DNA from: Isurus oxyrinchus
Taxonomy: Eukaryota
Direction of reading: 5' to 3'
DNA: 64,000 nt
Assembly (NCBI GenBank): GCA_026770705.1
Contig: JANJGN010000021.1
Coordinates: 88,908,001 to 88,972,000, forward strand
The position numbers and the translations under genes were made by a program. Positions 25,440-35,994 of this stretch are shown here, one piece after another (position 1 is the stretch's first letter; the number at the start of each line of letters is the position of its first letter). The notes below the pieces were generated by a model. That model did no database searches. It was given only the letters and a program-made list of their open reading frames with translations, and was not told where the DNA came from.

Positions 25440-25842
25440 GAGGGGCCAGGGGGTGGAGGACAGGATTCGTAGGGAGGGGGAAGGGGATGGGGGTGAGGGG
25501 GGATGTGGAGAGGGGTTGATGGGGGAATAGGGGAGGGGGTGGGGGTAAAGGGGAGAGGGGGAGGGGGAGGGGGTGGGGGAGAGGGGAAGGGGATAGGGAT
25601 GGGGGATGGGGAGGGGCAGGGGGATGAGGGGCAGGGGGATGGGGAAGGGGATGGGAAGAGGAGGAGGGGGTGGGGGATGGGGGAGGAGAGGATGTGGGAG
25701 GGGGAGAGGGGGAGAGGAGTAGAGGGGGGATCGGGGAGGGGGATGGGGCATGGGGGGATTGGAGGAGGGGAGGGGGAGGGGGATGTGGATGGGGGGAGGG
25801 GGATGCGGGTGGGGGGATGGGAGGAGAGGGGGCATGGGGGAA
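25440..25842 (+). repeat. About 400-bp G-rich polypurine low-complexity tract
   Basis: Almost exclusively G runs separated by A/AT. Source of the poly-Pro and poly-Gly ORFs. Confidence 0.9.
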
Positions 25843-26065
25843 AGACACCCTCGGAATTTGACCCCAACCTCTCTCCCCATCCCCCACCCACAAACCCGGC
25901 CACAGGGGAACGTTATTTCTACCCCACATCTTCTGACCTTCTTCATAAGATACCCGGCACCTTATTGAAAGCCTTTAGGAAATTTAAATCGTTTGAGATG
26001 GATAAACTAATTCTCCCGTATCCCACTCCTTAAAGGGGTTTAATGGACAGATTGTGAACTCTTAC

Positions 26066-26458
26066 CTGTCTGGTTATAGACGGTTAAAGTCACATTGTCT
26101 TCCCTGGTTGTATTCTCACCAGCAGCGTAAACAGATATCATATAGACGCCGCTGTCACTGGGCTGTAAATCCCGCAGCAACAAGGATCCATTCCCCGGGT
26201 AGAGGTGAACTCGGTGCCGGTAGGAAAGAGCGGTCTCCGTGCGATCTGAACAGTTATAACCGGGTCTGTCAGGGTGTCGGGAGCAGCTTGATCGGGTCAG
26301 CGTCACAAATGGGGTTTCTCTGGGGAATAGACGCCACTGCATCTTTAAAACGGAGTAGGGTGTGAGTGTGGAGTAGGAGACAGGGAGAAGGACAGACTGG
26401 GTCACGGTCCCGTTCAATTCTCTCTGCTGGACCCTCACAGTAACACCGCTTCCAGAGG
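26066..26458 (-). CDS. Single-IgV receptor gene, exon 2: Ig V-set domain of CD2/SLAM/CEACAM-N/HEPACAM type, no B-F disulfide
   Basis: Acceptor TTTTATTTTGTTGCAG, donor G|GTAAG, 393 nt, phase 1-1. V-set hallmarks: NGTVTQSVLLP, C-strand W (MQW), YRHRVHLYPGNGSLLLRDLQPSDSGVY, VTLTV. Overlaps ORF 26040..26498. Confidence 0.93.
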
Positions 26459-27184
26459 CTGCAACAAAATAAAAAACAACAATAAAATGAGTTTCCATTC
26501 ACATGGAGACACGGTTGACCCGTCAGTAAGTTAAATTCTCCGCCGAAGAGAAATAGAGGCGCGACCTGAGACAATCGGAAATTCAGACAGCGGCTGCGGA
26601 GAGTCCGCGAGTCAGTCGCCCTTTCAGCTGTTGCTCCTGAGATATGACAGAAAGTCCAGCATTGGAACAGGAAGGCGAGAGAGAATACACAATAAGCCCA
26701 CCCACACCCCCCCAACCACCACCACCCACCCCACCCCCCCCCCCCCCGCCCCCCCCCCCCCCCCTCCACACACACAGACACACACACACACACACACACA
26801 GGAATAATATTGCAATCACTTGTAAAATCTGAGCTGTGGGAACAGGAGATGAGTTGATGGTAGAACCGAAAAAGGCAGGAGGCAGAATCACTGAAGTCAA
26901 TGGCATTTTCAGGACATTGGGATGGATCTTGACTTTGTGTAATTCTGTTACAGTGATCTAAAACCGGTGCCAGCCAGCGAGAGGGCGGTCCGTTCACAGC
27001 TCTCCCAATCCGAAATCCCCTTGAAATCCAGTCAGTTAAGCGAGCTGCCAACTCGCCATACCATGCACAAAACCAAGATCTGTGTATCTGTGAATGTCTC
27101 AATTCTCCACTTATACATCATGCGCCTGCTGCACCTACCATTTCTGACATTTAACAATCTCCTGTACTTCGCCTCGTAGTTTCT

Positions 27185-28850
27185 TAGAACCATAGAAATG
27201 TTACGGGTTCAAAAAGGCGGCCATTCAGCCCATCGTGTCTGTGCCGGCCAAAAAGAGAAAAAAGAAACTAGCCGCTCGTTTTAATCTCATTTTCAGCACT
27301 TGCTCCGTAGCCTTGCGGGTTACAGCACTTTAGATGCAGATCCAGATACCTTTTAAATGACGAGCGTTTCAGCCTCAACGACCAACTTAGGCAGTGAATT
27401 CCAGATGCCAACCGCCTTCTGGGTGAAAAAGGTTTTCCTCATGTCCCTTTTAATCCTTCTATCAATCACCTTATATCTATGCCTCCTGGTAGACCCATCA
27501 GCTAAGAGAAACAAATTTTTCCTGTCTAGCAGCTCTAGACCCCCCAATTTTGTACACCTCAATTAAGTAACCCCTTAGCCTCCTCTGCTCTAAGGAGAAC
27601 AACCCTAGCCTATCCAATCTCACCACATAGCTGCAATTTTCAAGCCCTAGCATAATTCTTGTAAATCTCCTCTGCACTCTCTCCAGACCAATGATGTCCT
27701 TCTCGTAATGTGGTGCCCAGAACTGTACACAAATTTCCAGCTGTGGCCTAATCAGTGTTTATATAGAGTTCCATCATTACATCCCTGCATTTGTATTCAA
27801 TACCTCAACCAATAAAGGAAAGCATTCCATATACTTTCTTGACCACCTTTTCCATCTGTCCTGTCACCTTCAAGGACCTGTGTTCATGCATTCCAAGGTC
27901 TCTGACTTCCTCAATTCCTCTCAATAACTTCCTGTTTATTGAGTATTCCCTTGCTTTGTTGGCCCTCCCCAAGGGCATTACCTCATACTTTTCCTAACTG
28001 AATTCCATTTGTCACTTCTCCACCCACTCAACCAAACCATTGATACATTGTGGATTGACAGCTCTCCTATTCACTATCAGCTACATGGCTAATTGTTGTG
28101 TCACTCCAAATTTCCAATAATGCCTCCCACATTTAAGTTTAAATCATTAATACAAACAAAAAACACCAAGGACCCCAGCACTGAGCCCTGTGGAACACCA
28201 CTGGAAACTGTTTTCCATTCGCAAAAACATCCATCGACCATTATCCTTTGTTTCCTGTCACTGAGCCAATTTTGGATCCAACCTGACACCTTCTCCTGTA
28301 TCCCATGAGATACCATCAGATGCTTCTGGATAACCAGGGGGCTCTAGATTTGGCAGTCCCACCCTTTTCCTTTGTGCAGACATGTCTACACTGTGCTCTT
28401 AGAATCTCGCCTTTGAATGCCTCACACTGATTTCTTTTGACAAAGTTTCCCCTTCTAATCGCTGTATCCAGTCCACTCTCGCCAGCTCACCTCTCGGCTT
28501 TGTAAAATATGCCATCCACCAATTTAGAACTTTTACTCCTGTTTTATCTTTGTCCTTTTCCATAATGAAGCTAAACCTATTATATTATGGTCACTATCTC
28601 CAAAATGGTCACCCACTGCTACTTCATCCATTTGCCCAGCTTCATTTCCTAAGACTAAATCTAGAATTGCGCTCCCTCTTGTTGGGCTTGTTACTTGCTG
28701 GGTAAAAAATTTCTCTTGAATGTAGTTCAAGAATTTTGCACCCCCTGTGCCCTTCACACTGGTCGTATCCCAATTAATATTAGGGTAGTTGAAGTCCCCA
28801 ACAATTACTGCCCTATTGCTTTTGTTCCTCTGAGTCCCTTCCACAATTTG
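27185..28850 (-). mobile_element. Decayed CR1 LINE (RT 3' part and APE fragment)
   Basis: ORFs 27353..27562, 28101..28316 (SGVPQGSVLG) and 28533..28844 (VGDFNYP, ILDLVL). Confidence 0.85.
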
Positions 28851-31547
28851 GGGGTCGATAGCACACTTCTAGCTGTGTGGCTGCTCCTTATTTATTTCTG
28901 AGCTCAACCCTTAAGGCCTCTTGTTTTCCCCTGTATGTGGTTATTGTGCATTTTTCCACTTTTCTCTTGTTTTATCCCTTTTTAAATTGTTTTATCACCT
29001 TGAATATATTTCTGTTTTGAGGCAGAGTCCTTTCTTCCATTCTTGGGATCTGAGTATTTATTGCTAACCTCCAGTTGTCTGAAGATTTTTTTCATAATCA
29101 TTCACGGGATGTGGGCTTCACTGGCTGGGCCAGCATTTATTGCCCATCCCTAGTTGTCCTTGAGAAGGTGATGGTGAGCTGCCTTCTTGAACTGCTGCAG
29201 TCCCTGTGGTATAGGTACATCCACAGGGCTGTTAGGGAGGGAGCTCCAGGATTTTGACCCAATGACAGTGAAGCAATGGTGATATTTTTCCAAGTCAGGG
29301 TGGTGAGTGACTTGGGAAGGGAACTTCCAGTTGGTGGTGTTCCCATATATCTGCTGCTCTTGTCCTTCTAGATGGTAGTGATCGTGGGTTGGAATGTGCT
29401 GTCTAAGGAGCCTTGGTGAATTCCTGCAGTGCATTTTTTAGATGGTACACACTGGTGCTACAGTGCATCGGTGGTGGAGGGAGTGAATGTTTGTGGATAT
29501 GGCGCTAATCAAGTGGGTTGCTTTGTCCTGAATGATGTCAAGTTTCTTGAGTGTTGTTAGAGCTGCACTCATCCAGGCAAGTGGGGAGTATTCCATCACA
29601 CTCCTGACTTGTGCCTTGAGTACTAGTGGTTTGAGATTTGATACAGTTGAGTGGCTTCAGGGGAAAGTTAAGGATAAAGCCTGTTATTGGAGTGATGTAT
29701 AACCTAGACAGGAATTCGTGAACCAGTCAGGTTTCTAATGACAACCTAACAACTTCGTGGCGACTAGTACTGGTACTTTTGATTTCCACCTTTTGAAATT
29801 AAATTCAAACTCTCAAACTGCCATGGTGAGATTTAAACTCACATCCTCTGACTTGTTAACCCACACCTTTAGAAGCAGCAAACCAGTAACACAACCACTC
29901 GCTATGCTACCTACTCCTCTGCACGCACAGGTCCAACTGGCTTGTGTTCTCTCCACAGAAGTTTGGAACTGTCTTCCATAAAAAAAAAGCAATTGATGCT
30001 TGATCAATTGTAGATTTTAAATCTGAAATTATGTTTCTGTTATCCAAAGGTTTTAAGGGCATGGGGCAATGTTGCAAATCAGCTATGAACTCATTGAATG
30101 TCAAAACAGGTGTGAGAGTCCAAAGGGCCTCTTCCTGTCATAATGTTCCAATGTTTTCTGCTCTTGTGTCCGATTTTCTGTGCCTGTTTCCTTTTTCCTT
30201 TTTGTCCACTTTTGCGGGAAGAGTAGAAAAGCAGTACGCTATTTAAATGGAGAGAGATTGCAGAGCTCGGTGGTACAGAGGGATTCTGGTACAGCAAGCG
30301 ATCAGGAGAGCAAATGGAATGTTAGCATTTATTGCAAAGGGAATGGAATATAAAGGTAGGGAAGTTTTACTGTAGCTGTTAATGTTATGGTTATGGGGGG
30401 AGGTGGGTACGGGCAGGCAGGGAAGTGGAGTTGAGACCACAGTGAGATCAGCCACAATCTTATTGAATTCCTATGTTCATCCGAAATTTCAGTTTCAGCT
30501 AACAGTCATGACTCGCTAAATTTTGCAGACTGAGCTCCCCAATCATTGTAATCATGACACTGGAAAGAGAGACTGAAGAAAATCTTCCCACTTGTGTGTT
30601 AGTAATATTATAAATACAGTGGGGACATTCCCTCCAATCTTTGTTCATTAGACCTTTAAATTCATTAAAGACATGAAGCTATCTGGAGATTGATATACAT
30701 TAATAACAATTATAAATCTGAATTACAGTTGATAGTATAACATGGAAACCCTTACTATATCCCTATGCCATTTTGTATATTCCAGTGGAAACATTAATGC
30801 ATTTAAAAATAAAAGGATTAATGGTTATGGTAAAAGCAGCTTGAGTACACGGGAAGATCCCAATATTGAAGGAGTTAGCTGTCTAGTCATTCAAGCCATA
30901 TGATTTAGATCATTGATGGCTGTACCTCAACTCCATTTACCTGCTCTTGATTCACATTCCTTAATGCCCTTTAATGAATAAAAGTCAGCCCATTTCATTC
31001 TTGAAAAGTTCAATTGACTGAACATCCCATAGCATCTTAAGGGAGAGTGTTACAGGTTTTCACTACTCTTTGCGTGAAAATGTGCTTCATGATTTCACTT
31101 CTAAATAGCCTAATTAATTTTAAGCTTATGTTCTGTATTTCCGCATTAGAGGAAATATTTATTCATTTCTATCTGACCTGTCTAATCCATTTGTCAAGTT
31201 AAACATTCCATTAGATCACCCCTCAGCTGTCTAAGCTGAAGGGAATACAACTCAAATTTCTGCATTTTTTTCTAATGATTTTTTGTACCTTGCACTAATC
31301 TTTAGTGATTTACTTATAATGGACACCAGGAGCTCTTTTCTGAAGGTAATGGATGACTTAACTCAAGGAAGGTAGAACTTGAATTTGTATAGCTCCTTTC
31401 ACAACTTTGGGACAACCCAAATTGCGCTAGTTTGAAATCACAAAACACTGCAACTATCCGAAAGAATAAGGTAGTAAAAATGTACAATTTATTCCCTCCA
31501 CACATTCTGAAATATTTTGTGGACAGAACAGCCATCGTTACACTTCT

Positions 31548-31779
31548 GCAAAAGCAAAGAACTGTGGATGCTGGAAATCCAAAACAGAAACAAAAGTACC
31601 TGGAAAAACTCAGCAGGTCTGGCAGCATCTATGGAGAGGAGCACAGTTAACGTTTCGAGTCCGAATGACCCTTCAACAGAACTCTCTGCTGAAGGGTCAT
31701 TCCGACTCGAAACGTTAACTGTGCTCCTCTCCGGAGATGCTGCCAGACCTGCTGAGTTTTTCCAGGTACTTTTGTTTCT
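31548..31779. mobile_element. Fold-back Penelope-derived element with about 95-bp inverted arms and hammerhead motifs on both strands
   Basis: Near-perfect inverted repeat centred near 31682. TSD GTTACA(C/T)TTCT at 31537-31547 and 31780-31790. Confidence 0.82.
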
Positions 31780-32617
31780 GTTACATTTCTCTGGTGAGTT
31801 TAATTAGCATTTAATATGAAAATTCACCAAATTCTTAAAAATAACGGGGAAGCCAAGGAAAAAAATGCTGATGTGAGAACACCAATCTTTCATTCAAGTG
31901 TATCAATGCGGCAGTGAGTCCCACAATCTCATCACACTGTATAAAAAAAATTACTCCAAAATTCTTTATTTGATCTGTTAGTGGATATCTTAAATTTATG
32001 GCCCATTGTCCTTGGAGGTACCAACAAGTTAGGAATGGTTTCTCCACACCCATGCTTTTGAAACCTCTTCATAGTTCTTTTGAAAGAAACGAGGTCCACG
32101 AACACAATGTTTTCTTGCAGTTCTAAATCTTGTTCACCATGATCATTGCTACTAAACAGCAGCAAACCACTATGTGTTACATTGTATCATGATATTGCTA
32201 AATAGTTTTGAAAACAAGCGATTACTTATTCCATTTTAAACATTTAAGATGGGGAGCGGATGTTTTGATTGTGATGTGCATCAAGGAGCTTTCTGGCTGA
32301 TTAGCACATTAATAATGTGTCTGTTGTTTGCACATTAATTTTTTCTGTAATTCTGGCTTGTGTTACCCTTTGCCTTTTTTTCTATTTTTTGTTATATCTA
32401 CCCAAACCCCTTTTATTCCTCCAATAGAGGTTGAATATAGAGTGTTCCAGATCTCCTCTAACCTCTGCGTACAAACATATTTCCTGATTTCACTCCTGAA
32501 AAGCCTATCTCTATTTTTAAGCTCATACTACTTGTTCTGCAGTCCTGCGCCAGAGGAAATAGTTTCTCTACCAATCCCTTGACGATCTTAAACACCTCAA
32601 TTAGATTACCCTTCATT

Positions 32618-32775
32618 TAAATAAAAGCCTGCAGATGCTGGAAATCTAAAATAAAAACATCAAGTTCTAGAAACACTCAGCAGGTCTGGCAGCATCTTGT
32701 GGGGAGAGAAGCAGAGTTAAAATTTCTAGCCAAATATGACTCTTCAGTTCTGAAGTAGAGTCACATTTGACCTCA
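32618..32775. mobile_element. Older Penelope terminal-repeat fragment (similar fragments near 1670-1730, 5095-5190, 11700-11774/16257-16285, 51180-51285, 54590-54730, 55300-55440, 61722-61810)
   Basis: Shares the GATGCTGGAAATCT...CTCAGCAGGTCTGGCAGCATC motif. TSDs not clear. Confidence 0.6.
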
Positions 32776-33289
32776 ATTTATATGACTCCTCTCACATTCT
32801 CAGGATAGGCCAACTCCCATTAATTTGGGGTCACAAAATACCTGCATTTTCAAAGAGTAAGGCTGTGAGAATTTACACTTAGATGCTTTTATTTCCTTTG
32901 TGTGCACCAAAAGTTTTTGTCTACAGAACAACAATGACTGCACTTCAGAAATGGTAATTGTAGCAAATACCACAAGCAGCTTCTCCACAAACTACAAATA
33001 AAAAAAACCTTGCATTTATACAATGCCTTACAGAACTCCAAGATGTTCAAAAGTGCTTTACAGCCAATAAAACAATCTTTGAAGTGCACTCACTGTTGTC
33101 ATTGTAGGAAATCCATCAGTCAATTTACATGCAGTAAGATCCCACAGTTAGGAATGTTGGCTGAGAGATAATTGGGGTGTTTAAAACCGTAAAGCGATTG
33201 GTAGAGAAATTATTTCCCCTGGTGAGGGCTATCAGTGAAATCTCCCCGGCACTTGAACCTGGCTGGTTTCCAATATTTTACACACCATA

Positions 33290-33750
33290 AGCTTGAGGTC
33301 ATCCAAAACTCTGCTGCCTCTGTCTTAACTTCCAACGAGTCTGGTTCCCCTTTTACCCCTGTTCTCGCTGATCTGTATTGGCTCCCAGTCAAGAGATTTT
33401 AAAACTCTCATCCTTGTTTTCAAATCCCTCCATGGCCTTGCCCCTCCCTATCTGTGTAACGTCCTCCAGCTCCACAATCCTGCGCTCCTCTAACTCTGGC
33501 CCCTTGTGTATCCCCAATTATAATTGCCTCACCAGCCTCAGTTGCCTTAGCTCCAAGCTTTGGAATTCCCTCCCTACCTCATTTTCCTTCTTTAAGACCA
33601 TTCTCAAACCATACCTATCTGACCAAGGTCATCTGACCTTATATCTCCTTATGCGGCTCAGTGTCATACTTTTTTTTATAATGCTCCTTGAGACATTTTG
33701 AGAAGTTTCATTATGTTCAGGGGGCTATATAAATATAAGTTATTTTTGTT
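33290..33750 (+). mobile_element. L2-type LINE 3' fragment (second copy at about 37670-38150)
   Basis: LEVIQNSAA...PFTPVLADL.WLPV-like RT tail and TGGAATTCCCTCCC motif. Confidence 0.65.
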
Positions 33751-34945
33751 GCACTTCAGATATTGACATAGGATCTTTTGCATTCATGTGAAAGAGCAGT
33801 CCAGGCCTTGGTTTGACATCTTGTGCAAAAGATGATGCAGAACTGAAGTGTCAGTCTAGGTTTTGTGCTGGAGTCCTGGAGTGAGACTTGTCAGAGACAA
33901 ATGTATTATCAACTAAAAAAAATCTAAGTGACCTCCTTGACTTTCCTAGATGTTGGCTCGGATACTGCAAAATCCTCGGCTTTATTTCTGAATATTTCCT
34001 CAGGATTGGTTCTTAGCTCCACTTGAAGAGATAGAGGAAGCCTCCGCATTGTAGCAATCCCTCAGTGCTGAAACATCAGCCTAGATCGTGTGATCAAATC
34101 CCGAGTGAATCCATTGCAGACTGGCACATTCCAAGGTCCAGGACTACATGCTGAGGGATGCACTAAAGCTGCCACAGAGGTGCAATGGGGAAAAGGTCAC
34201 TTTCAGCTAACATACACTGAGGGGGGTGGGGGGGGGGGGGCGGAAGGGGGGTGAAAAATGTGCATGCCTGACATTATAAATATCAAGAGTACTGAAATTG
34301 TATTAAGGGACCCCGACGAGGAACATGCTGTGTGGAGAAGAGTTGAATTCAATTGCAGCTCCTGTAATTTTTCAATTTGAAATGTTTTTGCCCTCAGGCT
34401 GCATGCCTGACATGAAATGTGCACTGTGAATATCAAGAGTAATACAATCATATAGAGGCACATAGGAATGGAGCATGCTATGCGGAGACAAATTGAATTT
34501 GATTGCACTTATCTGCAATTTTCAAGTGGAAATGCTTTGTAAATGTACTTATGTAAATGTTATGAAGAAAGTACATCTTTGCGAAAAGAATCCACAGTCT
34601 TCCTAGGTAAAGCCAATTCTTCCAACTGATCCAAGTTGACATTTTATACAACACAAGAACATCTGACACATCATTAAAGGTCAGTTAAATTATTGTTAAA
34701 TCCCAGCCATAGTTAGAGGTTTAGGTGAGACACAGTGTCGAACGCTAACTTGAAGGCAGATAGTGACGGGGAATCTCCCTTGATCACGGACTGAATGAGA
34801 ATGAAGATGTGAAGAATCAGTTGAGTTTCATTCGCTGAAAATCAGTGAGCGATGGAACCCCAGCATCAGGTCAACACAGTTACACAGGCTGGCAACCCAG
34901 AAATAGCACATTTACAGTAACTGTTGTGAAAGAAACTTAACTTAC

Positions 34946-35018
34946 CGGAGAGGGAAATGAAGTAGCTGGAGAGGAGGAAAATATTGGTGAATTGAAAGCG
35001 ATGTATAGCCCTGCACAT
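34946..35018 (-). CDS. Single-IgV receptor gene, coding exon 1 (signal peptide MCRAIHRFQFTNIFLLSSYFISLS)
   Basis: ATG at 35018 has A at -3 and lies in a CpG-rich patch. 24 codons with a hydrophobic core plus 1 nt, then G|GTAAG donor (phase 1) matching the phase-1 acceptor of the V exon. Confidence 0.85.
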
Positions 35019-35360
35019 AGTGAGCTCCGGATACCCACTGCCCCGATATCACAGCGAAGCGGCCCCGAATGAGACAGGAGGGAAGCGTTTCTCATGTGAT
35101 TCTCTGTTTTCAGCGGAAGTGACCAGATCAGTCACTGCATTATGCCGAAAATCACAGGTTTAAACTGGAGAGTGAGAGAGACAGAGTGAGAAATACAATC
35201 AGCGCGGGCTTTTGAAACAGAAATTGAGGGCGAGGTGGCATTATTGATCGGTACCGCCTGATTTCCGTGCGGGGTTTATCTTTCAGTTCCTATATGCGTG
35301 ACATAGCAACTTCCCGTCACAGCTAGCCGGTTAATACACACACTCGAAGCCACTTGCGTG
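35019..35360 (-). promoter_or_regulatory. CpG-rich putative promoter / 5' UTR of the receptor gene with ETS-type site
   Basis: Local CpG enrichment in an otherwise CpG-poor window, directly upstream of the ATG. AGCGGAAGTG (ETS consensus) at 35112-35121. No obvious TATA box. Confidence 0.55.
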
Positions 35361-35818
35361 GGTGCAGTTATACATAGGCTCCAATCCAGGCAAAGACTTA
35401 AGGGGGAGGAAAAAAACCTGGCAAGTAAATTTTTGCTTACACGTATGACTTAAAACATTGTGCCACTGATTTTCGACTCCTGCTCGCTGCTATAAAGTTA
35501 AACCTCAGCTCAGAACAGTTGATAAGAGAAAGACAGGGTAAGCTTTGAAAGGGTTTCCCACCACTCCTGCAGTTGGAAACTGTCCTAATATCCTTGGTGC
35601 CCACTTAGGAGGCAAACCAGGCTTCAGTTTCAAGTCTCACCCAAAAGAGTGCATCCCTGACAGTGCTGCACTCTGTGAGCCTCTCTCCCTTACACGTAAC
35701 CTTCTCGCTGTCCGAGGGCTGCTAATCGTGGCTCTTGACATGGTTATCATGTAGGGTAAGATGAGGGGGCCAGGCCCTTAGAGCTATCCAAACCAGTGTG
35801 AGGATTGAAGCTGGGCTA

Positions 35819-35994
35819 GAAGCAAAATACTGCGCATACTGGAAATCTGAAACAAAAACAGAAAATGCTTGACAAAAACACTCAGCAGGTCTGACAGCAT
35901 CTGTGGAGAGAGCTCTGAAGAAAAGGTCGTACAGACTCAAAACGTTAACTCTGTTTCTCTCTCCACAGATGACGCTGTCAGACCTGCTGAGTTT
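35819..35994. mobile_element. Short fold-back Penelope-derived insertion upstream of the receptor promoter
   Basis: Inverted CTCAGCAGGTCTGACAGC / GCTGTCAGACCTGCTGAG. Perfect 14-bp TSD TTGAAGCTGGGCTA at 35805-35818 and 35995-36008. Confidence 0.8.

Noticed and set aside
25288-26033. Long Pro-rich and Gly-rich ORFs
   Set aside because: Artefacts of the G-rich low-complexity tract.
26066-26458. Rearranging V segment (Ig/TCR/IgNAR)
   Set aside because: No canonical cysteines, the G strand is encoded in the same exon, and the exon ends in a splice donor rather than a heptamer/nonamer RSS.
26269-27102. 277-aa minus-strand ORF
   Set aside because: Crosses (TG)n and poly-G repeats, is out of frame with the V exon and has no recognisable domain.
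4890-35018. Naming the receptor PD-1 (pdcd1), CEACAM1, HEPACAM, VSTM5 or a SLAMF gene
   Set aside because: PD-1 has the canonical V-domain Cys pair, which is absent here. HEPACAM and SLAM have a C2 domain, and I found no such exon. Similarity to CEACAM1 and VSTM5 is architectural only, and orthology needs phylogeny and synteny.
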